NCBI GenBank assembly: GCA_028534125.1
Contig: CM052816.1
Coordinates: 58,964,001 to 59,028,000, forward strand
Reading direction: 5' to 3'
Length of the DNA stretch: 64,000 nucleotides
Origin: Lama glama
Lineage: Eukaryota
Positions 36,690-48,579 of the stretch are shown one piece after another. Positions within the stretch are counted from its first letter, which is position 1. The number at the start of each line of letters is the position of its first letter. The position numbers and the translations under genes were made by a program. Under the pieces are notes generated by a model. It searched no databases, was not told where the DNA came from, and worked only from the letters and a program-made list of their open reading frames with translations.

Positions 36690-37440
36690 AAAAATTTTTT
36701 AAATTGAAGTTTAGCACATATAAAAAGTACACAAAACATAAATAAATGTTGATGAATTCTGCCAAAGAGTAAAACCCATGGAACACACAGATCAAGAAAT
36801 AGACTATTTCTAGAGTTCCAGAACAGCTCCCTCATTACCCCCTTCCAAGGGAAACTAGTATCCTGATTTTTAATATCCTAGATTAGTCTTGCCTACTTTT
36901 GCATGAACACTTTGCCTGTTTTTGAATCACCAGTGCATACACTTTAGTGTCCGGCTTGTTTTGCTTAACATTACGTCTGTGAGATTTCATCTGTGCTATT
37001 GCTGTTGTTGTAGTTCGTTTGTTCTCATTGCTGTGCAGCGTGCCACAATGCATTCGTCCAGTCTACTGTCAGTTCTGCATCAAGCCATCCTGGAGCCTGA
37101 GGAAAAGTCAGGAATACTGATCCTGTCTTAATTTAATAATTTGATATTTGCTGGGGTTTTTTTGCATTACTTTTGATTGAAACAAAAACCATTACACTAA
37201 AATATGATTTATAGTAACTATGAATTTTTTGGGCACCCTTTAAATTTTGCTCCTGAGCCAAGTCCTTCACTCACCTGACTCTGGTCCCAGCCCTGTCTGC
37301 TAGAGATAGACACATGAATTATATACAGTTTTTGGCAAGTGTGAATAGTGTTGCTCTGAACATTGCTCTACATGTTTCATGGAAAACATGTGTCTGCATT
37401 TCTGTAAGTATATACCTAGGAGTGAAATTTCTGTAGACAA
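36690..37440 (-). mobile_element. Old L1M 3' end, split by a hAT MITE
   Basis: CAGATCAAGAAATAGACTATTTCTAG...TTGCTTAACATTACGTCTGTGAGATTTCATC...TATATACCTAGGAGTGAAATT. Confidence 0.75.
37070..37295 (-). mobile_element. MER96-like hAT (Tip100) MITE
   Basis: Minus strand CAGGGCTGGGACCAGAGTCAGGTGAGTGAAGG...GCAAAATTTAAAGGGTGCCCAAAAAA...AAGACAGGATCAGTATT; degenerate 8-bp TSD TCTACTGT / TCTGCTAG. Confidence 0.65.
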
Positions 37441-37902
37441 CTTTTTGATAGAAGGCTTGAGTGTCAGGCCAGGGGCTTTTGTTTTCCTTTCCATGTACCA
37501 GCCTTTCCTTCCAAAGTTGTTTTGAGAATGTATTCAGCCTTAGTACGTGAGACAGTGTTTTATTCTCTTAGTGAGAGAAGACTTAATGGAAAGTCAAGCA
37601 CCAGGCTCACTGGCACGTGTGTCAATCAGAGCCTGAGGACATCTGGGAACCTACCACGTGCAAGTGAGTATTTTGAAGAGCACAGGGTGCTCCCCTACGA
37701 GGGAGAGTCCCTCAGAAGCAAGGTTTCCTAATTGGCCAAGTTTTGGTATCAGTTAGCCGGTTCTAAGGACTAAACTGAGTATCTTTCTATCTCTTCATAT
37801 TCTCTGCAAAAGTTAGTATCTGTTTCTTGAAAGTTTGAGAGAACTTACAAATAAACCTTTTTAGAAATGTGATCATTCAACATGCATATTTAAAAAAATG
37901 TG

Positions 37903-38110
37903 TACTAACTACTGTATAAAAAATAGATAAACAGCAAAGTCCTGCTGTATAGCACAGGAAACTATATTCAATATCTTTTACTAGCCTATAATGAAAAAAT
38001 ATGAAAAGGGATATATATGTGTGTGTGTATATACATATATCTCAATCACTATGCTGTACACCAGAAATTAACACAACATTGTAAACTGATTACATTTCAA
38101 TAAAAAATTA
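37903..38110 (+). mobile_element. Artiodactyl-type L1 3' end
   Basis: AGATAAACAGCAAAGTCCTGCTGTATAGCACAGGAAACTATATTCAATATC...CAACATTGTAAACTG...AATAAAAAA; AAAAAATGT on both sides. Confidence 0.9.
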
Positions 38111-38156
38111 TTAAAAAATGTATCCCATGGATATTACTCTATTCAGGTTTCCTACT

Positions 38157-38402
38157 TTTTTTTATATATAAACATTTTTTTTTATTGAGTTATAGTCATT
38201 TTATAATGATGTGTCAAATTCCAGTGTAGAGCATAATTTTTCAGTTATACATGAACATACACACAGTCGTTGTCACATTCTCCTTCGCTGTGAGCCACCA
38301 CAAGATCCTGTATATATTTCCCTGTGCTACATAGTACAATCTTGTTTATCTATTCTACATTTTGAAATCCCAGCCCCTTCCCACCTTCTGTCCCCTTGGC
38401 AG
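38157..38402 (-). mobile_element. Young L1 3' end (same subfamily as 6937-8706)
   Basis: TTATTGAGTTATAGTCATTTT...GTGTCAAATTCCAGTGTAGAGCA closely matches 6950-7001; flanked by CCTACTTTTT / CCTACTGTTT. Confidence 0.9.
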
Positions 38403-38970
38403 CCTACTGTTTCTTGAGATGATTTTTCTTCGGAAAAGGTCCACTTTGTTAAGATTTTTAAATGTATTAGTACATATTAATTTCTTTTCCCTTAACGACA
38501 TTCTTCTCTCTGCTTTATAGTCTTTTTTTTCATCCTGATAATTACACTTTTTTTTTGGTGGAGTTTTTGTTCTTTCTTATTCTTGAGTTAATAAAGAATA
38601 TCAACCCTTTGCAAATGTTTCTCAGAGTTTTTGTTGTTACTTTAAAAAATGTTTTTGACTAACAAAAATTTAGAAATTTTATTTGATCAAGTGTCTTCAT
38701 TTTGTTCCTTTGCAACTTCTTTCATTGCTTCTGTGTTTAGAAATTCCACCCCATTTCAGTATTAAATATTTATCTATTTAAAGTTTTTCTTGTTTCTTAA
38801 TTTTTTAATGCTCAATTATTTGAAAATTTCTTCTATCTACCTATTTAACTTGTTTTTCCACCAAAAATTGCTAGCTACTTTGAACATTATTATTATTTTT
38901 TATATTCCATACTTTTTTCTGTTGGTGTATAGAATTCCTTTATTACCTACTAAATTCTTATATATATGTA

Positions 38971-39130
38971 TAGGCATTTCTGATTTAATACAATATATGT
39001 GTTCCTGAAGAACCTCTCATTCTGCAAAATGGTGCACTAAAAATAACAGGAATAGTGAGGGAAATAAGTTTAGAGGTTAGCCACTAAAAACCTACTTCAT
39101 AACAAAATCACTACAATAGTCATAAAATTC
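38971..39130 (+). mobile_element. Tigger13a-like ancient DNA transposon end
   Basis: GTGTTCCTGAAG...TGCAAAATGGTGCACTAAAAATAACAGG resembles the recalled Tigger13a 5' end; right boundary uncertain. Confidence 0.45.
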
Positions 39131-39780
39131 TAGCATAGTTAAACCTTCACTGGCATTGGTATCCATTGTCATAGGCAGTCCATCATTTATAACTGTAAAC
39201 TTCAGGGCTTTGAGATACAGATCTCTGAGGATATTTACTATAATAAAGACCAATTTTATCAAAATTAAAATCTGATACAGGATGTAGCCTTTTTTAAAAA
39301 AATAAGTTTTATTTCTTCTTTTTTTAAACACCAGTGAAATGACATTGTTGTTTTTGCAGCTTCACCAAAATTGTCATGTTATGGTTGTCTGGAAGCCATT
39401 AAGCCAACCATGAATTTCAATAAGACACTTTTGCAGAATACTAAAATTTTTATGATCTATATTGCTAAGACTTTCCTCTTTGTGATTTGTTTTGTCAGAA
39501 AGTATCTATTTTATTATCTTCCTTACTCCAAGAACCAGATCCTGAATTTTAAAATTTTATTGATCTTCTCTTTTTTTGGTTGATTTGTTTCTGCTCTTTA
39601 CCTTAATTTTTATTTATTACTTAGATGGTTATGATATTAAAATTTTTAAAAATTACTCAGCTTAATATTTAATTAATTTATTTTCAAGCTTTCTTGTTTA
39701 ATTAGTGTTACACTCAAGGCTATGGATTTGCCTTTGAACACAACTTTGGCTATGATTTTTTTTTTTTATGAAAAGAACTG

Positions 39781-39918
39781 TTTATTCTTTTGGTTGTTTT
39801 TTTGGGGGAGAGGTAATTAGATTCATTTGTTTGTTTTGACGGAGGTACTGGGGGATTGAACCCAGGACCTCATGCATGCTAAGCGCACACTCTACTGCTG
39901 AGCTATAGCCTCCTTCCC
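39781..39918 (-). mobile_element. Vic-1-type SINE
   Basis: GGAGGTACTGGGGGATTGAACCCAGGACCTCATGCATGCTAAGCGCACACTCTACTGCTGAGCTATA, with A and B boxes on the minus strand and the GAGGTAATTAG tail motif. Confidence 0.92.
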
Positions 39919-40439
39919 ATAACAATTTTTGATATTTAGTATTCTCACTTACTATTTTTAAAATAGCCACTATGCTTCCCCATTTTGACTCCATATTATT
40001 TAGGAAAGTTTTCTTTTTTCAATTTGTAAGTGTATAATGGCACTTTCTATTGAATTTTTTTACTCATTTTGAGCTTTACTTCTTTCTGGATTTTATAGAG
40101 TTAGTCTTTGTGGCCTCATTTATGCTTACATTTGATTAAGCAAAAATGAACAAAAAACTTGAGCAGATTTTTACTAAAAGTTTCATGCATGCTTACAAAA
40201 GTGTAGACTCTATTTCAGAACTGTCCTACTGTGGGGTGAGAAAGTTATCCAACTACTCCTAATGCTCACTGGTTGAGGGTCACGCCTGGGTGTTAACTCC
40301 CTGACAGATGGGTGGGGCACCATTCCTTCCCCCCCGACCCCCACAGATGCCTTTAGTCAGGGAGATGCAGGAAACTATTGGTGTGTGTGGGGAAAGAGGG
40401 CAGGAGGCAGAAAACATATTGTGAGGGCACTGACAAGGT

Positions 40440-41330
40440 CTTCTAGGCTTCCCGATGGTCCTGAAGGTTGAGTAAGAGATAATGGTTGGAAGTGGCAGCA
40501 AAGAGGTAGGACTCTCCAGACAAAAGGAACAGAATGTACAAATGTTCAGAGATAAAAAGAAGGATGAATTCAGTAACTTATGATGAAGCTTTTTTGAGAG
40601 AGGAGAGGGCAGGGAAGAGAATGTCTAGAGAGAGATTAGGGAGGAGTTACACGCCAGACTACAGGGCCTTATATTTTACATTAGCAATTTTGAACTTCAT
40701 TCTGGTGGCAAAAGGAAATATTTGAAGGGTTTTCAATAGGAGAGTGAAATGCTCAGATCTACATTTTCATAAAGATTATTCTCAGTGCTGTGTGGAAACC
40801 AGATTAGAGGGTGGTAAGATTAAAATTATGAAAACCAGCTGGGAGGATGTTGCAGTAATCCAGCTGAGAAACGATGGTTGCTGAACTAAGGCAGTGCTAG
40901 GTAGGATGGAGAGAGATGCTTGGGAGCCGTAATTAACAGGACTTGGATGGGAAAAGAGAAGTGAAAGGTGGGGAAAGGCAGAGTGTGAATGGCGAGGATG
41001 AATAAGGAGAGATGACAAGGACTTTGACTTCCAAGTTCCTGACTTGGGTATCCACTATTCCTTGAGATGTAGGAGAATAAATGTGGGAGTTTGGGACATT
41101 TTAAGTTTGAAGTGTCAATGGGAGATCCAGGGGAGCGGATAGAAGGGTCTTTGGTTCCTTTGATAGATCCAATCTGCAGATTTAGACTAAAAGGTGGTCA
41201 CTCTAAAGACAGTAATTGAAACCATAAGATCAAATGTGATGGCCCCTGGAGTATAGATAGAATGAGATTTATGAGAGGAAATGGAAGAAAGCTGTAGAAA
41301 TGTGAATCCTCCACGGGCTGCCATTTAAAG
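40440..41330 (-). mobile_element. L2 LINE fragment
   Basis: TTGAAGGGTTTTCAATAGGAGAGTGAAATGCTCAGATCTACATTTT...GTTGCAGTAATCCAG...GTTTGGGACATTTTAAGTTTGAAGTGTC. Confidence 0.85.
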
Positions 41331-42896
41331 TGTGTATTGCTTTTTCATCTGGCCATGAATGAATCCCCTGTCTCCTAACTTTCAGAAAATGGCACAGAGA
41401 AGGGTGAGTAGGAAGCTGCACAGGCGTGCGTGCCTGAGGCCAGGTTTTCCTGATTAAAAACTCTCCCTGGGCTTGTGGTGTTGCATCTGTGGCTTTCCTT
41501 GGCATGACCTTCTATTTTGAGAGAACCTTTTTGGAGGGACTGATCTTTTCTTCTCGTTTCTGCTCTGGTTCAGCTTATGCTCTAATATTTACATTGGCCA
41601 CTTGCCTTTCTTCCACTAGTTGGGACTGGTTGTGTCCCCATAACCATTCCCCCAACTCTGTTTTAGAGAAATAAAATTGGAAATGCCAGGTTTAAAACAG
41701 AGAGTTTGCCAAAGATGTGTCTTTCTCTTGCTGACATGAGAAAGAAAGCCCACCTGTGCCAGACTAGCCCATTTCTAAATCTGAATGTGCATTGGCTGTC
41801 CTGGCTGTGGGGGGCGAGGGTGGCTCCCCGCTTTGTGGGAGTAGAATCAGCTTCAATAATACTGTATTTTGCCCTTCTCCTTGGTAAGCGAAATTTATTT
41901 TCCAATATCATCTGCAAATTGTGAATTATTAATAGCCTCCCCAAGGTATTCCTCTGGCCTAATCTGGTCCTGCCCTGCATAAACTTGTTTTGATTCTTCT
42001 CATTTAGAAGAGATTTTTGCAATCATCGAGACCATTTCTTATTTGTATTAATGCCTTGATATCCTCTTCAACAAGTCGTAAGCATCTCATCCAAATTTTG
42101 GAGGGGTCTCTGTTGAAAATCCTTTCATAGGATAGTGCCTATACCTTTATTTTGCACTTCAGGGTCATGCAGAATAATTCTAACAATTCTAATAATTCCA
42201 AAAGACATGTTTTCAAGTATTTAAATTCGAATATTTAAACTCCCCTCTGGTGGTAGCCTCCTATTTTTTTCCTCTCCTTTCCTCCCTTCAATTTCCCTAC
42301 TCTCCCTTCCTACAGGATTTACACGTGACATAAACAACTCAGTCACTGACTTTTTAGAGTTAAGTCAAATCTAAGTCTCTTCAGTTTAGGTTCTACGTGT
42401 TAAGAGAGAATTGAATAAATTAAAGTGAACATTCTTGTGAAGATACTTATAACTGTAACTACTGGGGACACCACATTTCTGTAAATATAGCCTGAGATCC
42501 AGTATTTTTTTGGCAACCACTTTACATTCTTGCTTTATATTCTGTTGACTGTCAAGTAAAACTTCATACTGTTTTCATACTACCATCTCCCTTAGTCTGC
42601 CACTGTGTGGAGGATCTGATGTTCCTTATAGTTAGATGACATCTGGCTAAACCTAGCCCATTGTTCCAGTTCGTTTATTTCTTTTTGGATCTTGATTCCG
42701 TCATGCAAACTATTAGCAGTTAACCTCAGGATCTTGTCACGTGCACACTTGAGCACTATTTCTTCCTTCAAATCATTGATTAAAAGAAAAGTTGTTTAGA
42801 AATGTGTCAAGGAAGGAAAACTACCAGACACCTTTGTCTACACTGACATTATTCTATTAGTCAGTGCCCTTTGGTTAATGTGTAATTTAGCTAAAG

Positions 42897-43865
42897 CTTA
42901 GTTAGTTTACACTGTGGTAATAAAGAATCCCCAGATCTTAGTGGCTTCCAACAATAAGAGTTTATTTCTTACTCACAACTTATGCTGACTGTTGTTCAGC
43001 TGTGGCTCAGCTCTGTTTGTCTTCATGGTAGGGCCAGGAAGGAGGAGAAACCCCAATCTGTGATTTACTTTTTTTCATGTCAGAGAGAGACGAGGTATTG
43101 CTAATCCACACAGAATGGTTCTTTTTTGTTTGTTTTGTTTTGTTTATTGAAGTATGGCCAGTTTATAATGTTGTGGCAATTTCTGGTGCACAGCTTCATG
43201 TTTCAGTCATACATATACATACATATATTCCTTTTCATATTCTTTTTCTTATAGATTGCTATAAGATATTGAATATAGTTTCCCTGTGCTATACAGTAGA
43301 AACTTGTGTTTTTCTATAGTAGTTAGTATCTGCAAATCTTGAGCTCCCAACTTATCCCTTTCTACCCCTTTTCCCCCTGGTAACCATGAGTTTGGTTTCT
43401 ATGTCTGTGAGTCTATTTCTGTTTTGTAAATAAGTTTGTTTGTGTCTCTTTTGTCTTTTTTTAGATTCCACATATAAGCAATATCATATGGTTTTTTCTT
43501 TCTCTTTCTGACTGACTTCACTTAGAATGATGATCTCCAGGTCCATCCATGTTGCTGCAAATGGCATTATTTGATTCTTTTTTATGGCGGACTGGTATTC
43601 CATTGTATAAATATACCACAACTTCTTAATCCAGTCGTCTGTTGATGGACACTTAGGTTGTTTCTGTTTATTGATCACACACAATGATTCTTGAAATTTC
43701 TACTTGACTGTGAATGTGCCACATCCCTTTACACATTATTGGTCAAAGCAAGTCACATGACCAAGTCCAACATCAATGGGACAAGAGTGCATACTCCTTC
43801 TATAGGATGTTCTAGAAGTATGGCAATGAGTGGCAGTGAATAATTAGGAATAATTAAACAATCAT
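42897..43865 (-). mobile_element. MLT1 solo LTR, split by a young L1
   Basis: CCCCAGATCTTAGTGGCTT...TTTATTTCTTACTCAC and ATTGGTCAAAGCAAGTCACATGACCAAGTCCAACATCAATGGG. Confidence 0.8.
43124..43675 (-). mobile_element. Young L1 3' end
   Basis: ORF 43484-43684(-) [23 protein letters not shown]...ATWMDLEIIILSEVSQKEK; 17-bp TSD CACACAGAATGGTTCTT (43107-43123) / CACACACAATGATTCTT (43676-43692). Confidence 0.93.
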
Positions 43866-44065
43866 TTGGTAGATATTTAACATTTGTGTATCAGGTCCAA
43901 AATGTTTCACCTCTCTGTGTTAATTTCCACAACAACTTCATGAGGCCATGGTTGTTATCTCTGTTGGATGAGGTCCTGAGAGTTGGTGTCTTGGTTATAG
44001 TTACTAAGTGGTAAGTTAGCATGTAATCCCAAATATTCTGAAGCCTGCAGTGTCCTTCCCAATAC

Positions 44066-44090
44066 TGATGATGATGATGATGATGATGAT
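44066..44090. repeat. (TGA)8 microsatellite
   Basis: Seen directly. Confidence 0.95.
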
Positions 44091-44151
44091 AACAAATTGT
44101 ACTTATGTTTATCAAGACAATTTACCTGGCAGACACCATCGTGAGGGATTT

Positions 44152-44571
44152 TGTATCCTACTGGGCAGGACAGTTAGCTCTAGCTGCTTCAGCAGATGAA
44201 CCTCAAAATCCCAATGTCTTAACATGATAAAAGCTTATTTTTCCTTCACATCATATTCCTATGTGGATTGGGTGACTCTTTAGGACTAGCTCTTTCCTTT
44301 AAGTGATTTAAACGTCTTGGGAATCCAAGATGCGTCTATCTTTTACTAGGCCATTTGGAATTTGTGACAGGCAAGGCTGCCATTGCAAAGTGAGGGAGAG
44401 AGAGACGGAGAGAGATGGACATGGAGGAGCCCCGTAGATGTTTTTGAGGGCCAAGATGGGAACTGATTCACACCTCTTCCACCCACATCCCATTAGCCTC
44501 ACCGAGCTGCATGAGAGGTGATAAATAAGCAGAGCACTAGCTATTTGGTGAACATGAATAGTCCTTGTTAC
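44152..44571 (-). mobile_element. MLT1 solo LTR inserted in a MIR
   Basis: CCTCAAAATCCCAATGTCTTAACATGATAAAAGCTTATTT...CCCACATCCCATTAGCC...TATTTGGTGAACA. Confidence 0.7.
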
Positions 44572-44574
44572 AGA

Positions 44575-44740
44575 GTTAGAGTCATCATCATCCCCATTTT
44601 TATCGATGAGAAAACTGAAGTGGAGAAAATTTAAGTGCTTTTCTCTGGGCAAATCTATAGCAGTGAAGTAGACAGGATTTGAATCTAGCCAGTCATGCTT
44701 CAGAATCTGTGTGTGTTCTCAGCAACTGCACCAGACTGCC
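44575..44740 (-). mobile_element. MIR SINE (other half ~44091-44150)
   Basis: ATCCCCATTTTTATCGATGAGAAAACTGAAG...AGGATTTGAATCTAG. Confidence 0.75.
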
Positions 44741-46679
44741 CTTCATCTTTTATCACAATTAGCTAGGTAATGAATACATTGACCTAGGTGGGCATCTAGC
44801 CCCATTTATCCATTTTGTCAAAAACATCATCATAAAAGCCTTTTAAACTATTCTGTTGAAATCCTGATACATTGGAGAAACCATGGTCATAATCCTATTT
44901 AAAAAATTCAATAAAGCTGGTACAGCAGGATTAATTATTAGTGATGGTTGTTTGTTTTCTCATGAGAGATTATCAGTTTTGGATCCAAAATGGCCACAAG
45001 GACAGGGACAAGGGATGACTTGGGGGGAACTAGAGGAGTGGGTTGCCTACCCACTCCTATTTCACATCTTGGCTCTATATAGGACCCCGGGATGGTGGAG
45101 CAATCTCAGGGAGCACTAACATCACATTTTCCAATAGCCTGGAAATGAGGGTTTGGACTAAGAAATTGTCTTGTTGTAGAAAATCAAAAAAATTTAATAA
45201 CTTGAGTGCGTGGACTGAGATGAATAGCTACTACATTAAAAAAAATCTAGAATATTGCCCATGTAGGGATCAAATTCATCATTCTCTCGTTTAGGAATTC
45301 TCTTGATTTTCCGTGCTTAAACATGGGACCAGCTGTCTCCAGCATGTCTTCTGTGGTTCTCTGTGGTTCCTCACTAATTACTGACCGTGATCCAGCCATT
45401 TCATGTGCAGATGGTCACAAATGAAGCATGTGATGTGTCAGAGACAGAGTATATAATCGATTCTGAATACCTAGGTTTTAGCTCATAAGCTCTTATTTAA
45501 CTTGGGGTTGTCAATTTCCTCTTAGTTACTTTTATCCCACCATTTCCAGAAAATCTTTTTTGACAAAGCAGCTGAAAGCCAAATCGGAGCTGGAGGCATG
45601 GTTCCTGACTGTCCTCCGTTAGCCTCGCAAGAGTCTCAGCTTTAGCCTAAGGAGTGGTAATCCTAGAAGTTAGATGTATGCTTGCGCGTCCAAAGCATTG
45701 TGGAGCCAGCTTGACAGTGCTTCTCAAACATCTGAGGATCCTCCAGAGGCAGAATTATTAGAAATAACAGAGGATATTGAGAGTGGAGGTCAAGAAGTTG
45801 GTCCAAGGAGAATGGACTAGTTATCAAAAGGAGAGGTGATTCTGAGCACAGCTGAGCACGTTTCCCTACAGCTGTCCCTGGGCCCAGTCCCCACGAAATC
45901 ATGTCTGCACCCAGGATGAGGAGGCTGTTACAAAAGCAAGTAAACCTGCAAGGGCCATTTCTTAGTAGCTTTTGGAGGACTTGAAGAGTGCCAGCAGTGA
46001 GCAGCAGAGCTGTCAGCAGAGGAGAGGCTGACAGGGGTGGTGGCTGTTTCAGCAACAGCGGTAGCTGCCCACTTTGGTGCTGACCATGACTTGAGAATTT
46101 TCTGCAGAGAACCAGAGTTGGAAATGAGACAAAGGATAATTGTAGCAACGAAAAGTAGGTAACTTGGTATTATCTCTATTTCCCCTTGGGGGTTCCAAAA
46201 GCTATAGGAAAGGAACTTAGTGGTATGTGTGTGTGTGTTAGAAGTCATGCAGAATAGGTGGAGTTGAAGTCAGAGAAGAAGTATTTTGCGTCCATTACTA
46301 TATCTTATTATTATTACCATGTTTGCATGGACAAGTTGTATTTGTATTACAAGTTTTAGTCCATTTGCCCCAGATAGCACTTACACCTTTCTTGTCCTTC
46401 ACAGTCTAAACACAAGGAAAATGTTCCTTCTCATTGTCTTGCCATACGGTGCACATCTCAGACCCCTTTGGGCTTCCCTTTCTGACTTGTTGTCTCAGCC
46501 TCTTTACTAGTTGTTTGTATTGTTTCTGGGTGTGTCTTCTTCATCTTTTGAATTATTTTTGAAGGCCTGAGTGTATCAGCAAGTCCCCTTTGCATCTGTA
46601 TTGTCCTTGGTAGGTAACTCGTCTCCTCCCCCCACCCCTTAGGCTATGAACTTGCCTTTCTTACTCTGTCTTTTTAAAG

Positions 46680-47340
46680 AATCAACTTTTAAAATGTTTT
46701 CCTCTGAATACAGCAATATAAACTTTACATTGTAGAAAATGCCAAAGTAGAGAGAATCATCAGTAAGGAAAAATGACCATGACTCCGTGACCCAGAGATA
46801 GTTGGTATTAACACTTAGTCTGATGCCTTTCCAGTCAGTTTTCTGTGCATATCTACACAAACGTCATATGTGTGTGTGTGTGTGTGTGTGTGAATGTATG
46901 TATGTAAATATATACCCAGAGTTACAAAACTGGGATCATACCACACATGGCACTTTGTAACATTTTTCACCTATCAGTATATTATGATCCTTTTCCCATG
47001 CCATTTATTCTGCCAAAAACATTGTTCTTAATGATTATAAAATATTTTAAAGCTTTTGATTTATCTGGCTAATCTACTTTCTGCAAAGGAGGGAGGTGAT
47101 AATACACTTTAACCAGTAGTATTTAAGAGTACCATGGCTGGATTCCCTGCATTCTTATTAACATAACAATTAAAAAATTTCTGCCGATTGTCTAGGAAAA
47201 AAATGGAGTCTTACGGCTATAATTTGCATTCCTTTGATTGCTAAAAAGACTGAGTATCTTTCATATTTGTGGCTATTTGTATTTTTCTTTCATGAGTTGC
47301 ATGTTTGTGCCTTGTTATGCGTTTGTAATGGTCTGGTTGG
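46680..47340 (-). mobile_element. Old L1ME 3' fragment
   Basis: CCCAGAGATAGTTGGTATTAACACTT...GGGATCATAC...AATTTGCATTCCTTTGATTGCTA...GAGTATCTTTCATAT. Confidence 0.65.
46869..46892. repeat. (TG)12 microsatellite
   Basis: Seen directly. Confidence 0.95.
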
Positions 47341-47400
47341 AATTTAATTTTTCAGTTGTTTCCTCATCCTTTTGCTCCTTTTTCTCTATCAAGAGTCTCA

Positions 47401-47610
47401 GGGATTTGCAGATACACACAACTATATATAAAACAGATGAACAACAGGGTCCTACTGGATAGCACAGGGAACTATATTCAACAGCTTGTAATAAGTTATA
47501 ATGGAAGAGAATATGAAAAGAATATGTATAAATGTATACCTGAATCACTTTGCTGAATACTAGAACCTAACACAACATTGTAAATCAACTATAATTCAAT
47601 TAAAAAAAAT
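47401..47610 (+). mobile_element. Artiodactyl-type L1 3' end
   Basis: GGGATTTGCAGATAC...GTCCTACTGGATAGCACAGGGAACTATATTCAA...polyA; TSD-like AGAGTCTCA / AGAATCTCA. Confidence 0.9.
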
Positions 47611-48060
47611 AGAATCTCATACAATGTGATCATGCCGATAGCTTATCTGACGGTTTGGAAATCTGCCTTCCTTAAGCCTCTGAAATATTTCTGACTGTAT
47701 CTAGCCACTACCTCTGTGACAATCACACCATTAAGTGGCCTAGCCTCTTGCCTTGGGTTTCATTTGCCTCCAGTACCTGACTGATCATATCAGAGTGGCT
47801 TACCTTTGCTCCTTCAATATCACAATTAGCGTGGGGTTGACATCATTGCCTCAGTGAGGCCAGAAAACTGAACGAAAGAGAGGAAGGGGAAATCCTTGAA
47901 TAAGGGGTTGCGTGTGGGCCAATGAGCTACATCTCAGTGGGTTACAGGAAAGGGCATAATTTGTGGTCCTTTGTTTGTGTGCAGAATCTTGTGAAGAATT
48001 TTAAGAATTTGTGGAAGGCTGGCAGAGGTAGGTCTCTGTCAATTTGAGCATGCTCCAGGG

Positions 48061-48164
48061 ATATATATATATATTTAAATTTTTAATGGAGGTACAGGGG
48101 AATTGAACCCAGGACCTTGTGCATGCTAAGCATGCACTCTACTACTGAACTATCCCCAGCCCCC
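48061..48164 (-). mobile_element. Vic-1-type SINE
   Basis: ATGGAGGTACAGGGGAATTGAACCCAGGACCTTGTGCATGCTAAGCATGCACTCTACTACTGAACTAT. Confidence 0.92.
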
Positions 48165-48579
48165 TACCAGAGACATCTGATTAGAGATCAGGATCTGATT
48201 CCAGAGGGGAGGACAGAGATAAAGTTGGAAGCTTAGATCTTGATGAAAAGGTCATGAAGGAAGGATGGTGGACAAAGAACAGGATTCAGATCCTGAGACT
48301 GTTAGAAACAGGGCATCCTGGTGGATGAAGGTGGGGCTGGGTCTGTTCCTCTGAGCAACCAGGGCTGTGTAGGACAAAAAGGGTCTTCTCATCTGAGCTA
48401 GGAAGCCAGTGTCAGTCATGTTGAAGGGGGAAATAAAAGGCGGAATGCTGAAAAGGAGGGGCACACCATAAGGTCCAAAGTTGGCTGGAACTGAAATGGG
48501 TGGGGACCCAGAACAAGAGCCTCGTTTCCAAATCTCACCCGCCTCCCCACTGCCAGGGATGCTCTTCTCACGGACACAT

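Larger units (their letters stand above)
42440..47850 (-). mobile_element. Fragmented CR1/L3 ORF2 (pieces ~42440-42880, 44740-44960, 45300-45480, 46360-46520, 47620-47850)
   Basis: Antisense CR1-like motifs in collinear order: TTTTGGATCTTGATTCCGTCAT, TTCAAATCATTGATTAAAA, CTGTTGAAATCCTGATA, TTTGGGCTTCCCTTTCTGAC, AAATCTGCCTTCCTTAAGCCT. Confidence 0.5.

Noticed and set aside
39840..39918. tRNA-Ala genes (also at 9670-9748, 48085-48164, 49687-49762, 56616-56692)
   Set aside because: Acceptor stems are degenerate, A-rich tails follow, and several have TSDs, so these are tRNA-derived SINEs.
43891..44115. Poly-His ORFs (also 34994-35224)
   Set aside because: His runs come from a (TGA)n microsatellite and a CAC/CAT run inside an L1 3'UTR.
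45663..46148. 161-aa minus-strand ORF, the longest one outside L1 and the gap
   Set aside because: Non-ATG start, Leu/Ser/Pro-rich composition typical of antisense purine-rich DNA, and it sits among nested repeats with no recognisable domain.
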